Notes under the pieces: model-generated | What the model saw: only the letters and a program-made list of their open reading frames with translations | What the model was told of the DNA's origin: nothing | Database searches by the model: none | Shown here: positions 1 through 6,992 of the stretch, piece by piece | How positions within the stretch are numbered: position 1 is the stretch's first letter | How the letters are laid out: each line of letters begins with the position of its first letter | DNA from: an uncultured Candidatus Saccharibacteria bacterium | Lineage (GTDB): Bacteria > Patescibacteriota > WWE3 > UBA101185 > 2-01-FULL-41-18 | Reading direction: 5' to 3' | NCBI GenBank assembly: GCA_964636285.1 | Contig: CAZWQF010000007.1 | Location: 1 to 63,172 of the forward strand | DNA length: 63,172 nucleotides | Made by a program: the position numbers and the translations under genes

Positions 1-618
1 GTTGAAGCTTTGTACAGAACATCAACGGATCAGGCATACGATTTTAGGCTTTTAAGAGGTGTAATGGATGTCAACGAAGCTCAGAGAATGCACTTTATCA
101 AAAAAATAAAGAGAGTCCTTGGGGATGACCTTACGGATAAAACAATTGCATGTTACGGTCTTGCCTTTAAGGAGAACACAGACGATGTAAGAAAGTCAGT
201 TGCTCTTGAGGTGATAAGGCTCTTAAGAGGCGAAGGGGCTTCATTGAGAGTCTATGATCCTATAGCTAAAGAAAATGGAAGAAAAGAGCTTGGAAATGTA
301 GGAATTGAGTATGTTGATGATCCATATGAAACCGCAAAAGGCTCGGATGTGCTTTGTATTCTTACCGAATGGAAAGAATTTAGAGAGTTTGACTATGAAA
401 AAATAGGCACACTCATGAAAGATAAGGTCATCTTTGACGGTAGAAACCTTCTTGATTCTAGAAAAATTAAGGACCTTGGGTATGAATACTTTGGGGTAGG
501 AAGAGGTAGTCACGGATGGAGTCACCAGACTTACAACTCAAGTCTTAACCATGCAAATGGTTCAAATGGAAACGGGCATAGCGTATCGGGTGGGGTTATT
601 CTAAAAGGTAAGAAGTAG
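1..618 (+). CDS. ugd: UDP-glucose 6-dehydrogenase, C-terminal portion (5' end outside the window)
   Basis: Frame 1 is open from base 1. GLAFKENTDDVRKS, VYDP, FDGRN and YFGVGRG are hallmarks of the C-terminal UDP-binding domain of the UDP-glucose/GDP-mannose dehydrogenase family. A tail of about 38 aa rich in N/G/S/H follows the conserved end. Confidence 0.8.
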   Translation, partial: VEALYRTSTDQAYDFRLLRGVMDVNEAQRMHFIKKIKRVLGDDLTDKTIACYGLAFKENTDDVRKSVALEVIRLLRGEGASLRVYDPIAKENGRKELGNVGIEYVDDPYETAKGSDVLCILTEWKEFREFDYEKIGTLMKDKVIFDGRNLLDSRKIKDLGYEYFGVGRGSHGWSHQTYNSSLNHANGSNGNGHSVSGGVILKGKK

Positions 619-662
619 GCCACAGGCATTAAATCTCATTATATGGTATTACTACTTGTACT

Positions 663-1643
663 ATGAGAGTTCTTGTTTGTGGTGGTGCTGGGTATTTGGG
701 CTCAGTGCTAGTTAGAAAGCTCCTTGAGGCTGAGATAGATGTTGCTGTGTTTGATAACTTTTCTACTGGACACAGGCAGGCGTTAAATCCTGGTGTCAAA
801 GTTATTGAAGGCAACCTTTTATCTAAAGAAGAGGTCTTTAATGCAGTTAATTCGCAGAATTTTCATGCCGTTGTTCATGCAGCATGCCTGAGTGATGAAA
901 AATCTGCATACGAAAACCCATATCTTTCTCTTAATTACAATTACATCTCTACATTAAATATACTCGAGGCTATGAAGCTTGTTGGGGTTAAAAAACTGGT
1001 TCTGGCTTCTTCGTCATCAATATATGGCGTGGTGGATTCAAATCCTGTAAGGGAAGAATCCAGAATGGTGATTTCAGGTCCTTTTGGCGAGAGTTTTTAC
1101 TCTATGGAAAAGCTCCTTGGGTGGTATGAGTTTATTGCACAGATAAAGAGCGTTAGCCTTAGGATGGCTGATTTAGCAGGAGCTACAATAGATGGGAATT
1201 TAGGCGAGGATAAGGGGGAAAACGCAGGCGTTGTATCTCAGGCAGTGAAAGCCTCTTTGGGGGATTGTGTGTACAGACTGAATGGAAACAACTATCAGAC
1301 CTTGGATGGAACTCTTGTTAGGGACTACCTACATGTTGATGATGCTGCTTTTGCTATTGTGAAGGCGCTTGAGTTTTTAAACACAGGGAATAGGAGCGAT
1401 GTGTTTAATATCTCTTGCGGAAGGCAATACTCGGTGAAAGAAATTGTAGCTGAGGTGGAAGATCAGTCAGGAAAAAAGCTTAATATAGTGCCTTCTGTCA
1501 GGAAACGAGGTGATAAAGATGTGATTTATATGGATATTTCAAAGGCGCTGAGGGACTTGCAATATGCCCCAGCCTTTGAGCTTCCAGACATGGTTCAATC
1601 AAGCATGTACTGGTTTGCAAGGTATCCAAAAGGGTTTGCCTAA
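663..1643 (+). CDS. NAD-dependent epimerase/dehydratase, GalE-like (UDP-hexose 4-epimerase type)
   Basis: N-terminal Rossmann motif MRVLVCGGAGYLGS. SDR triad elements are present: SSSSIYG and YSMEK (YxxxK). The 326-aa length fits extended SDRs. Confidence 0.75.
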   Translation: MRVLVCGGAGYLGSVLVRKLLEAEIDVAVFDNFSTGHRQALNPGVKVIEGNLLSKEEVFNAVNSQNFHAVVHAACLSDEKSAYENPYLSLNYNYISTLNILEAMKLVGVKKLVLASSSSIYGVVDSNPVREESRMVISGPFGESFYSMEKLLGWYEFIAQIKSVSLRMADLAGATIDGNLGEDKGENAGVVSQAVKASLGDCVYRLNGNNYQTLDGTLVRDYLHVDDAAFAIVKALEFLNTGNRSDVFNISCGRQYSVKEIVAEVEDQSGKKLNIVPSVRKRGDKDVIYMDISKALRDLQYAPAFELPDMVQSSMYWFARYPKGFA

Positions 1644-2357
1644 TCATCTGATTTTTTTTAAGTCTTCTGGGTAGGTGATATTTATACGTTTTCTTATCTT
1701 GACTCCGTAGATTTTGCTAGTTTCTATTTTTTTTGCAAGTTCGGTCATAAAATCTAATTCTATGCCTTCTCTTAAAGTATGGTTAAAGCTTAGGCTTCTT
1801 AAGAAATTAAAATTAATAACATGACTCATAACTACCCCATAATTACTTAATATCTCATCTTGTTTAGGTTTCTCAATAATTTTAAGTAATCTGTTTTCGT
1901 TCCCTAACTTTACAGTTGAGCCTTCTAAGATCTTTTCTTTTTTATCTTTTATTAATGATAATGTAGCCTCGGGTTTTTTTGATAGGTGTTTTTTAGCTAA
2001 TTTTTTAAGTCCATTGTATGTCAAAATATTATCGCAAGCACATAAGAATATATCATCAGTTTTTATTAGGGGTAAAGCCAGTCTGATGGCATCTCCTGAT
2101 CCATTTTGTAGTTTTTGGATCACGTGGTCTATGCTTACTTCTCTTGAAATTTTGGTTTTTATTTCGCTGGCCAGCCATTCATTTTTAGGATTTAGAACTA
2201 AGTGAATTTTTGTTATACCTAATTTAAGGTAAGGTTTAATTACGTGGAAAAGTAACGGCTTATTTTTTACAGGAACACCAGGTTTTGAGTATTTTTTGCC
2301 TAAATCTCCCATTCTCTTGCTGTTACCTGCTGCAAGAATGACTAGTTCATTTATCAC
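1644..2357 (-). CDS. sugar-1-phosphate nucleotidylyltransferase (NTP_transferase fold)
   Basis: LVILAAGNSKRMG nucleotide-binding loop, GSGDA and IEKP motifs; 237 aa. Its stop abuts the stop of the GalE-like gene. Confidence 0.75.
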   Translation of the reverse strand: MINELVILAAGNSKRMGDLGKKYSKPGVPVKNKPLLFHVIKPYLKLGITKIHLVLNPKNEWLASEIKTKISREVSIDHVIQKLQNGSGDAIRLALPLIKTDDIFLCACDNILTYNGLKKLAKKHLSKKPEATLSLIKDKKEKILEGSTVKLGNENRLLKIIEKPKQDEILSNYGVVMSHVINFNFLRSLSFNHTLREGIELDFMTELAKKIETSKIYGVKIRKRINITYPEDLKKIR

Positions 2358-2386
2358 AAATAGTATGCTAGCATCTATACTATAGG

Positions 2387-2415
2387 TTGTAAATAATCCA
2401 ATTTTAACTTATAAT
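2387..2415 (+). promoter_or_regulatory. sigma70-like promoter candidate for the 2439 ORF (TTGTAA-17 nt-TATAAT)
   Basis: ttgtaa at 2387-2392, exactly 17 nt of spacer, tataat at 2410-2415. AAGGAGG (2426-2432) follows, then the ATG at 2439. AT-rich background makes chance matches possible. Confidence 0.4.
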
Positions 2416-2438
2416 GCCTCTCACAAAGGAGGTCCGTT

Positions 2439-3191
2439 ATGGACTATTGTGTTCTACCTGCATGGTTTCCAGGAATTGAAAGCACCATCGCGGAAAGTAC
2501 CCTGAAGAGCTTGGCAGATACTAATCTGCCTGAAATGCTTAAGAGCGCAGGAGCAGTGTTTGCTGGGGATAAGCAGCCCCATCCGGCTTTGTTTCAGCGT
2601 TCAGATGGGACTTTGGAAGTCTGGTCTCTCCCGTTCGATCTTCGTTTTGCCTGGTCGGATGCTGCAAAGCGGAGTCTCGATCTGGGTGGGGTGTCTCTTA
2701 TTGAAGCCTGGAGGGTTGGGAATGAGCATCCGTTTTGGAATCTGGCTGGGCTTCCGGGAGTACCCCTTCTTTTCGGCGTGGCTACCGATGTGAGGTGGAG
2801 AGAATCTCGTATCCTTGGAGTAAAGAAACCCACCATGCGAGGAAGAATTCCTTCGACCTTCGGTGGGAAACTAACAATTCCTGGGGGCATCTTGGGGTTT
2901 TCGGACCTCATCCAAGGCCGTTCCCTAGGTGAGGCCCTGATATCGGGTGGTTTGAGGGAGTTGCTTCAGGAAACGGGAATTTGGGCTACACCTGCACAAG
3001 TGACGGGTACCTCGATGTGTCTAGAGTTGCAGAGAGCAAAGCCCCAGTGCTTTGTGGTCATCAGGTTTTCCGATGAATCAGCGGCTCCTGAGCTGAACCC
3101 CAGAGCAGTCGAGGAGGCTGAGTTTGCCAGAGGATTCAGCTGGGTGGAAGCGTCAAGTGAGTATCTGGAAGCGGCCCAGCTCTCTGGCTAA
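2439..3191 (+). CDS. GC-rich Nudix-fold protein with degenerate Nudix box (hypothetical NDP-X hydrolase)
   Basis: Strong SD AAGGAGG 6 nt upstream of the ATG. GEALISGGLRELLQETGI fits E-x7-R-E-U-x-(Q)E-x-G-U of the Nudix box. It is preceded by LLFGVATDV...R...GG beta-strand patterns. Composition is clearly GC-rich compared with neighbours. Confidence 0.55.
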   Translation: MDYCVLPAWFPGIESTIAESTLKSLADTNLPEMLKSAGAVFAGDKQPHPALFQRSDGTLEVWSLPFDLRFAWSDAAKRSLDLGGVSLIEAWRVGNEHPFWNLAGLPGVPLLFGVATDVRWRESRILGVKKPTMRGRIPSTFGGKLTIPGGILGFSDLIQGRSLGEALISGGLRELLQETGIWATPAQVTGTSMCLELQRAKPQCFVVIRFSDESAAPELNPRAVEEAEFARGFSWVEASSEYLEAAQLSG

Positions 3192-3219
3192 ACCACTAGT
3201 CTGCCCCATCATAACTAGC

Positions 3220-3254
3220 GCCGGTCACATATTTCTGCTTAATGTGTGACCGGC
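3220..3254 (+). terminator. hairpin downstream of the 2439-3191 ORF (possible intrinsic terminator, weak U-tract)
   Basis: gccggtcaca (3220-3229) pairs perfectly with tgtgaccggc (3245-3254) around a 15-nt loop, 29 nt after the stop codon. No strong T run follows. Confidence 0.4.
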
Positions 3255-3412
3255 AATTCTAAGTGACCGTGACCTATTATTTCTTCAGTAATATCCTTTT
3301 TATGTTCTTAGTTTTTCAAATTAGGTTTTAAATAAAGTTTGTAGGTGAAGCAAAAATTGAGGTAGTTCTATTATTTTGGTAGTGCAGGATACGCGGTAAA
3401 AATGTTATATAA

Positions 3413-3467
3413 TTATCTACGGAGAGCGTGCGTCGACCGCAATTGATCTCACGCTCTCCGTAGATAA
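3413..3467. other. perfect 18-bp stem / 19-nt loop hairpin presenting the loop motif CGTCGACCGCAA
   Basis: ttatctacggagagcgtg (3413-3430) is the exact reverse complement of cacgctctccgtagataa (3450-3467). The loop is cgtcgaccgcaattgatct. A TGtTATATA extended -10-like element at 3403-3411 sits just upstream. Confidence 0.5.
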
Positions 3468-3587
3468 CTACTTTAAATCTCATTTAAACGTGCACTTGCC
3501 AAAATTACTAATATTGCTTGCTAACATATAATAATTTCTTCCTACAAGAACTAAATATCATATGCTTTCTTTAGTAACTTTGGTAAG

Positions 3588-3611
3588 CCCTCCAATTGTT
3601 AAACTGGAGGG
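3588..3611 (-). terminator. short GC-rich hairpin (ccctcca/tggaggg), second of two tandem hairpins 3' of the 3680-4429 gene
   Basis: ccctcca (3588-3594) pairs with tggaggg (3605-3611) around a 10-nt loop. It lies directly after the 3614-3668 hairpin on the minus-strand transcript. Confidence 0.3.
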
Positions 3612-3613
3612 TT

Positions 3614-3668
3614 AATACACCCATTCACTATTCGTCGACCGCAAAGTCTAATGGTGAATGAATGTATT
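3614..3668 (-). terminator. 15-bp hairpin 11 nt downstream of the minus-strand stop codon; the loop carries CGTCGACCGCAA
   Basis: aatacacccattcac (3614-3628) pairs with gtgaatgaatgtatt (3654-3668). The two mismatches become G-U pairs only in the minus-strand RNA. The 25-nt loop contains the same 12-mer (3633-3644) as the 3413-3467 hairpin loop. Confidence 0.4.
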
Positions 3669-3679
3669 CTTGGCAGGTT

Positions 3680-4429
3680 CTAGATGTGCTGGACGGTGGG
3701 GGCCTTCAGGTTGGCAAACTGGAGCTGGGCTGCAGGCCTTGAGATCTTGCTTGCCATCTTCTTTTTGTGTGCCTCAAGCCTCTCACCGGTGAAATTCCTG
3801 GTATCCCAACCGTTTGAGCTGGGGATGCTGACGAGCTTTACCTGGCTGTTATACAACCTCTGGATCACCGCATAGGTGATTAGCTCCTCTACACCCGCAG
3901 TTGACAGATCCAGAAAGGTGCCATCACCGAGCATCGGGATGCCAGTTACACACACCGCATAGGGGTTCAAAAGCGAGAAGGTATTCCAGGGAATCTGGAC
4001 TCCATTCGCTTCCTTGATGGTGGTGCCGGGGTGATAATCGTGCCCCTCAAGCGCGGCACCTACACACGCCGTGTGCCCATCCATGTAGCTGAAAAGCACT
4101 TCCACGTCAGTCTCGTTGTATCCCATCTCCGTGCTGGAGATGAGCATGTGGCAACCCTGCGCAAAGTGCTGCCTTCCCGCCATGAGAATGGCATTGAGCA
4201 TGGGGACGAAACTTCCCGCAGGAGTGACCTTGATGAAAGTCACCTTCTCCGGGGCCACGATCTGGCTGATGGGGGAGACGTCCCGGTCTCCATTGATGGC
4301 GATTAAGACGTGCTCGGCGCCCGCACCCAGCGCTGTGCTCACTGCCTTGTTAAGGGCCGCAAGCTGTGGGAGGACCTTTTGCGGTTTGGCCTCAAACCAC
4401 CGGATCCCGACAACAAACTTGTTAGCCAT
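3680..4429 (-). CDS. GC-rich hypothetical protein (alternating beta/alpha pattern, possibly a GT-A-like nucleotide-sugar-binding fold; no DxD seen)
   Basis: 249-aa ORF with AAGGAG 8 nt upstream of the ATG. N-terminal FVVGIRWF...HVLIAINGD...VTFIKV resembles a Rossmann-like/GT-A core. IPWNTFSLLNP and AGVEE segments recall GT2-type enzymes, but I cannot place the family. Confidence 0.5.
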   Translation of the reverse strand: MANKFVVGIRWFEAKPQKVLPQLAALNKAVSTALGAGAEHVLIAINGDRDVSPISQIVAPEKVTFIKVTPAGSFVPMLNAILMAGRQHFAQGCHMLISSTEMGYNETDVEVLFSYMDGHTACVGAALEGHDYHPGTTIKEANGVQIPWNTFSLLNPYAVCVTGIPMLGDGTFLDLSTAGVEELITYAVIQRLYNSQVKLVSIPSSNGWDTRNFTGERLEAHKKKMASKISRPAAQLQFANLKAPTVQHI

Positions 4430-4475
4430 GACGTTTTCTCCTTTGTTTTATGGCTAAGTTGGGCTTGGAAAGGCT

Positions 4476-4561
4476 CCTTACCTTGAGTCTGAGGGACGGA
4501 TAGGCCTCATAGGGCAAATAGACCTCATCTTGGTCACCTCTCCCTCAGGCTTAAGGTAAGG
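4476..4561 (-). promoter_or_regulatory. long hairpin in the 5' leader of the 3680-4429 gene, enclosing a 16-codon uORF
   Basis: ccttaccttgagtctgaggga (4476-4496) pairs with tccctcaggcttaaggtaagg (4541-4561) at 19 of 21 positions. The remaining two positions are G-U only if the plus strand is read. Minus-strand uORF 4528->4478 encodes MRSICPMRPIRPSDSR, preceded by GGAGAGGTG. Confidence 0.35.
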
Positions 4562-4596
4562 AACTACATATTTGCTATATCACTTATGTTGGATGT

Positions 4597-4626
4597 ATTG
4601 TAATACTGGTATACCACTTTTGTCAA
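4597..4626 (-). promoter_or_regulatory. sigma70-like promoter candidate (TTGACA-18 nt-TACAAT) for the 3680-4429 gene
   Basis: On the minus strand, ttgaca is the complement of 4621-4626 and tacaat the complement of 4597-4602, with an 18-nt spacer. This predicts a leader of about 160 nt containing the 4476-4561 hairpin. Confidence 0.4.
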
Positions 4627-4670
4627 GGCTATAGGTTGATACAAAAAATTACTTAATTATTATTTGGAAT

Positions 4671-5903
4671 TTATGTTCTAGCATTAACAATAACAAGGGT
4701 TCTGTCCACTTGCCCTACAACCCTTCCTAGAAGATCTAACTTTAGAGTTTTAAATTCATCAGATCCTTGAGTAACGAGTGGGTTTGCTTTTATTACTTCT
4801 TCCTCAACCCATCTTACAAGCAGATCCTGTGTTCTATTGGGAGGTGGGCTTAATTTATCAGTTCCAAGCTTAGACTCGCTTACCATTGAAAATTCCTCAG
4901 GCGTTGCATATGCATATAAAAAATAAAATTGAGCGGCTGGAAATGCTTTTATATCTACTCTTTCCACCATATAGGACTTTGGAGATAGTTGACTTGGCTC
5001 AACCTGACCAGAAGGTGTGTACCCAAAATTTTCAAGCTCTCTAATAAGTCTCTCAGGTCCTGGAAAAACATCCCAACCCACATCGCAGGCTACAATATGA
5101 GCTCCTGGATTGAGTATTCGTTCAGATTCTTTGATAAAACAGCTTGTTGCATCTCGGAAAGCTTGTAATTTACTTAGTTCAACACTCTCCTCTCGAGTGA
5201 GTGTGTCCGCAGAGGATTTAGCATTAAGCTCTGAGAGCCTATCTAGATCTTCATCTCCCGGAACCCAATATCTTAAGGTGCCGTGAGTGAAAACTCCAGA
5301 AAAACCAAATTTTGCAGTTGCTGATGGTAATGGGTAATTATTAACTGTACCTTGTACTTCAAACTGATGTGGGGTTGTGCCCAGTCTAATATTTGTATCC
5401 CTTGCCCAATTTAGCACAGGTCGACTGATATCTAGATTTATTATATCCCACTTCCCGCTTGTTTTAGCTTCAATAATATTTGCAGCAAATCTTGAATGAA
5501 TCTCCCAACCCGAACCAGCATGCACAATCGGACCCTCTGGATCCATTAACGTAAAGCTTAAGATGTGTCGGGATAAAGCAGCTTTATCTGTCTCATTGCC
5601 CTCCATCTGGCTTATAACGTAGTCTGAAAGTACAGTATCCCCTCTAAAAATAGCATCTTCTATAGCACCTCTAGGGTAAAGGTACCTATGTTCTTTATTT
5701 GGCGCAATTCTTCTATAATAATCCTTAACACCATTTACAAATAGCTTAAGGTTATCAAAGTTTCTTTCCTCTTTTTCAAAAAAATCTGTAAATTCTTCGA
5801 TGCCAACTGTTTCCCAAAATTCACCCCATAGCTTTAGATCGTCTTTAAGCTCATCTATTTTTCTAATGCTAAGTTTTTCAGCTTGTACTTTTTCGTATGT
5901 CAC
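4671..5903 (-). CDS. class I SAM-dependent methyltransferase-like protein with N- and C-terminal extensions
   Basis: IVHAGSGWE (motif I, hhxGxGxx), IINLDISRPVLNWAR (post-I D-I-S...AR), FGFSGVFTHGTLRYW (motif II region) and ILNPGAHIVACDV (LxPGG-type motif III). 410 aa. Confidence 0.5.
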   Translation of the reverse strand: MTYEKVQAEKLSIRKIDELKDDLKLWGEFWETVGIEEFTDFFEKEERNFDNLKLFVNGVKDYYRRIAPNKEHRYLYPRGAIEDAIFRGDTVLSDYVISQMEGNETDKAALSRHILSFTLMDPEGPIVHAGSGWEIHSRFAANIIEAKTSGKWDIINLDISRPVLNWARDTNIRLGTTPHQFEVQGTVNNYPLPSATAKFGFSGVFTHGTLRYWVPGDEDLDRLSELNAKSSADTLTREESVELSKLQAFRDATSCFIKESERILNPGAHIVACDVGWDVFPGPERLIRELENFGYTPSGQVEPSQLSPKSYMVERVDIKAFPAAQFYFLYAYATPEEFSMVSESKLGTDKLSPPPNRTQDLLVRWVEEEVIKANPLVTQGSDEFKTLKLDLLGRVVGQVDRTLVIVNART

Positions 5904-5939
5904 TTTTGTAATTTTATCATTTCTGATAGATTAAGTTGT

Positions 5940-6935
5940 ATGAGATTTGTTATCACAGGTTGTGGAGGTTTTACTGGATATAGCTTGGCCAAAAAATTAC
6001 TAAAGGAAGGCCATCTTGTAGTTGGGGTTGATAATTTTTCTGCGGATCACGGGACCAATATTGTTAAAGACAGAGTAAGTTTGTTGTCTGTTGATAAAAA
6101 TTTTGAATTTGTTGAGGCTGATATTACAGATATAGATGCTAACGCTTTTATACTTAAATTTAGACCAATTGATTACTTTATAAACCTTGCTAAGAAAGAA
6201 GATTATTACTCGTTTAATGAGGCTGACAAGTTTAGTGAGTACATAAAAGTCAATGTGTGGGGCTGTATAAAAATGTATGAACTTGCCCTCTCGCTAGGAG
6301 TGAAGAAATTTATTGCTGCTTCGGCCTCAGGGGTTTATGGAGGTACAAAAAAAATAAAATTAACTGAGAAAAAGGTTTTACCAAAGCCCCTTACTCCTGT
6401 TAGTTCTTCTTTTTATGCCAACGAGCAGATATTACAGTATTTGAGTCAGAAACATAAGCTCCCCACCTTTGTTTTTAGATTCTCTACCATCTACGGGCCA
6501 ATGATGAGACCTCATACTATTCTTACACATTTTATTGATCGAGTTGAGCGCAATTTGCCAATTGGGATGTACTCGGATATTCGAACCACCACTAGAGATT
6601 TTATTTATATAGACGATATAGTTGAGTATATATACCGCTCCTTGAACAAGAGAATTAAGTTTCAAGTAATGAATATTGCATCAGGAAAAACCCTTTCGTT
6701 ATATGACGTTCTTGTACTTGTAGCTAATAAATTTTCTAGGCCTATTGAGAGTTTGGATATAACCCAGTCCCAGAAGTATTCTGAGAAACATACTTTTAAA
6801 ACAACTCTACTAGACATTTCAAGATCTAGAAAGATTTTAGGCTATTTACCTCAAACTAGTATTGAAGAGGGTATCAGTAAGACTGTAGAATGGTATAAGC
6901 ATAACTTAGAAATACTTAGGAGATCAGCCCCTTGA
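5940..6935 (+). CDS. NAD-dependent epimerase/dehydratase family protein (atypical: YxxxQ in place of YxxxK)
   Basis: MRFVITGCGGFTGYSL Rossmann motif starts at the ATG at 5940 (the track ORF starts at 5883). ASASGVYGG is present. The catalytic-site segment reads SFYANEQ (tat gcc aac gag cag). Confidence 0.7.
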   Translation: MRFVITGCGGFTGYSLAKKLLKEGHLVVGVDNFSADHGTNIVKDRVSLLSVDKNFEFVEADITDIDANAFILKFRPIDYFINLAKKEDYYSFNEADKFSEYIKVNVWGCIKMYELALSLGVKKFIAASASGVYGGTKKIKLTEKKVLPKPLTPVSSSFYANEQILQYLSQKHKLPTFVFRFSTIYGPMMRPHTILTHFIDRVERNLPIGMYSDIRTTTRDFIYIDDIVEYIYRSLNKRIKFQVMNIASGKTLSLYDVLVLVANKFSRPIESLDITQSQKYSEKHTFKTTLLDISRSRKILGYLPQTSIEEGISKTVEWYKHNLEILRRSAP

Positions 6936-6992
6936 GTATAAAAGATGTATCAAATTTGCTTAAAATGACTTATAGTAATATAATATATACAT

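Noticed and set aside
3334-3483. A ~49-codon minus-strand ORF (MRFKVVIYGEREINCGRRTLSVDNY...) spanning the perfect 18-bp hairpin.
   Set aside because: It has no SD, it is below normal gene size, and a perfect 18-bp palindrome inside a coding region is improbable. The hairpin itself is the more likely functional element.
3413-3668. The idea that the hairpins are integron attC sites, making the GC-rich genes integron cassettes.
   Set aside because: There are no RYYYAAC/GTTRRRY core sites at the hairpin ends. The stems are perfect rather than bulged, there is no integron integrase in the window, and the flanking genes have their own promoters.
2560-4457. Multiple 60-113-aa ORFs overlapping or antisense to the GC-rich genes (2560-2793, 2594-2911, 2735-2932, 3684-3875, 4031-4306, 4116-4457). 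The same pattern occurs at 35487-36128 in island B.
   Set aside because: High GC content depletes stop codons in all frames. These ORFs lack SDs, are nested in longer ORFs that have clear motifs and SDs, and have Arg/Pro/Ser/Gly-rich compositions typical of off-frame translation.
6956-6984. TTGCTT-17-TATAAT promoter-like element upstream of the first GtrB-like gene, and similar matches in other short gaps (for example 39170-39212 and 46040-46073).
   Set aside because: They may be real internal promoters, but in AT-rich DNA such hexamer pairs arise by chance. Without TSS data I did not list them as features.
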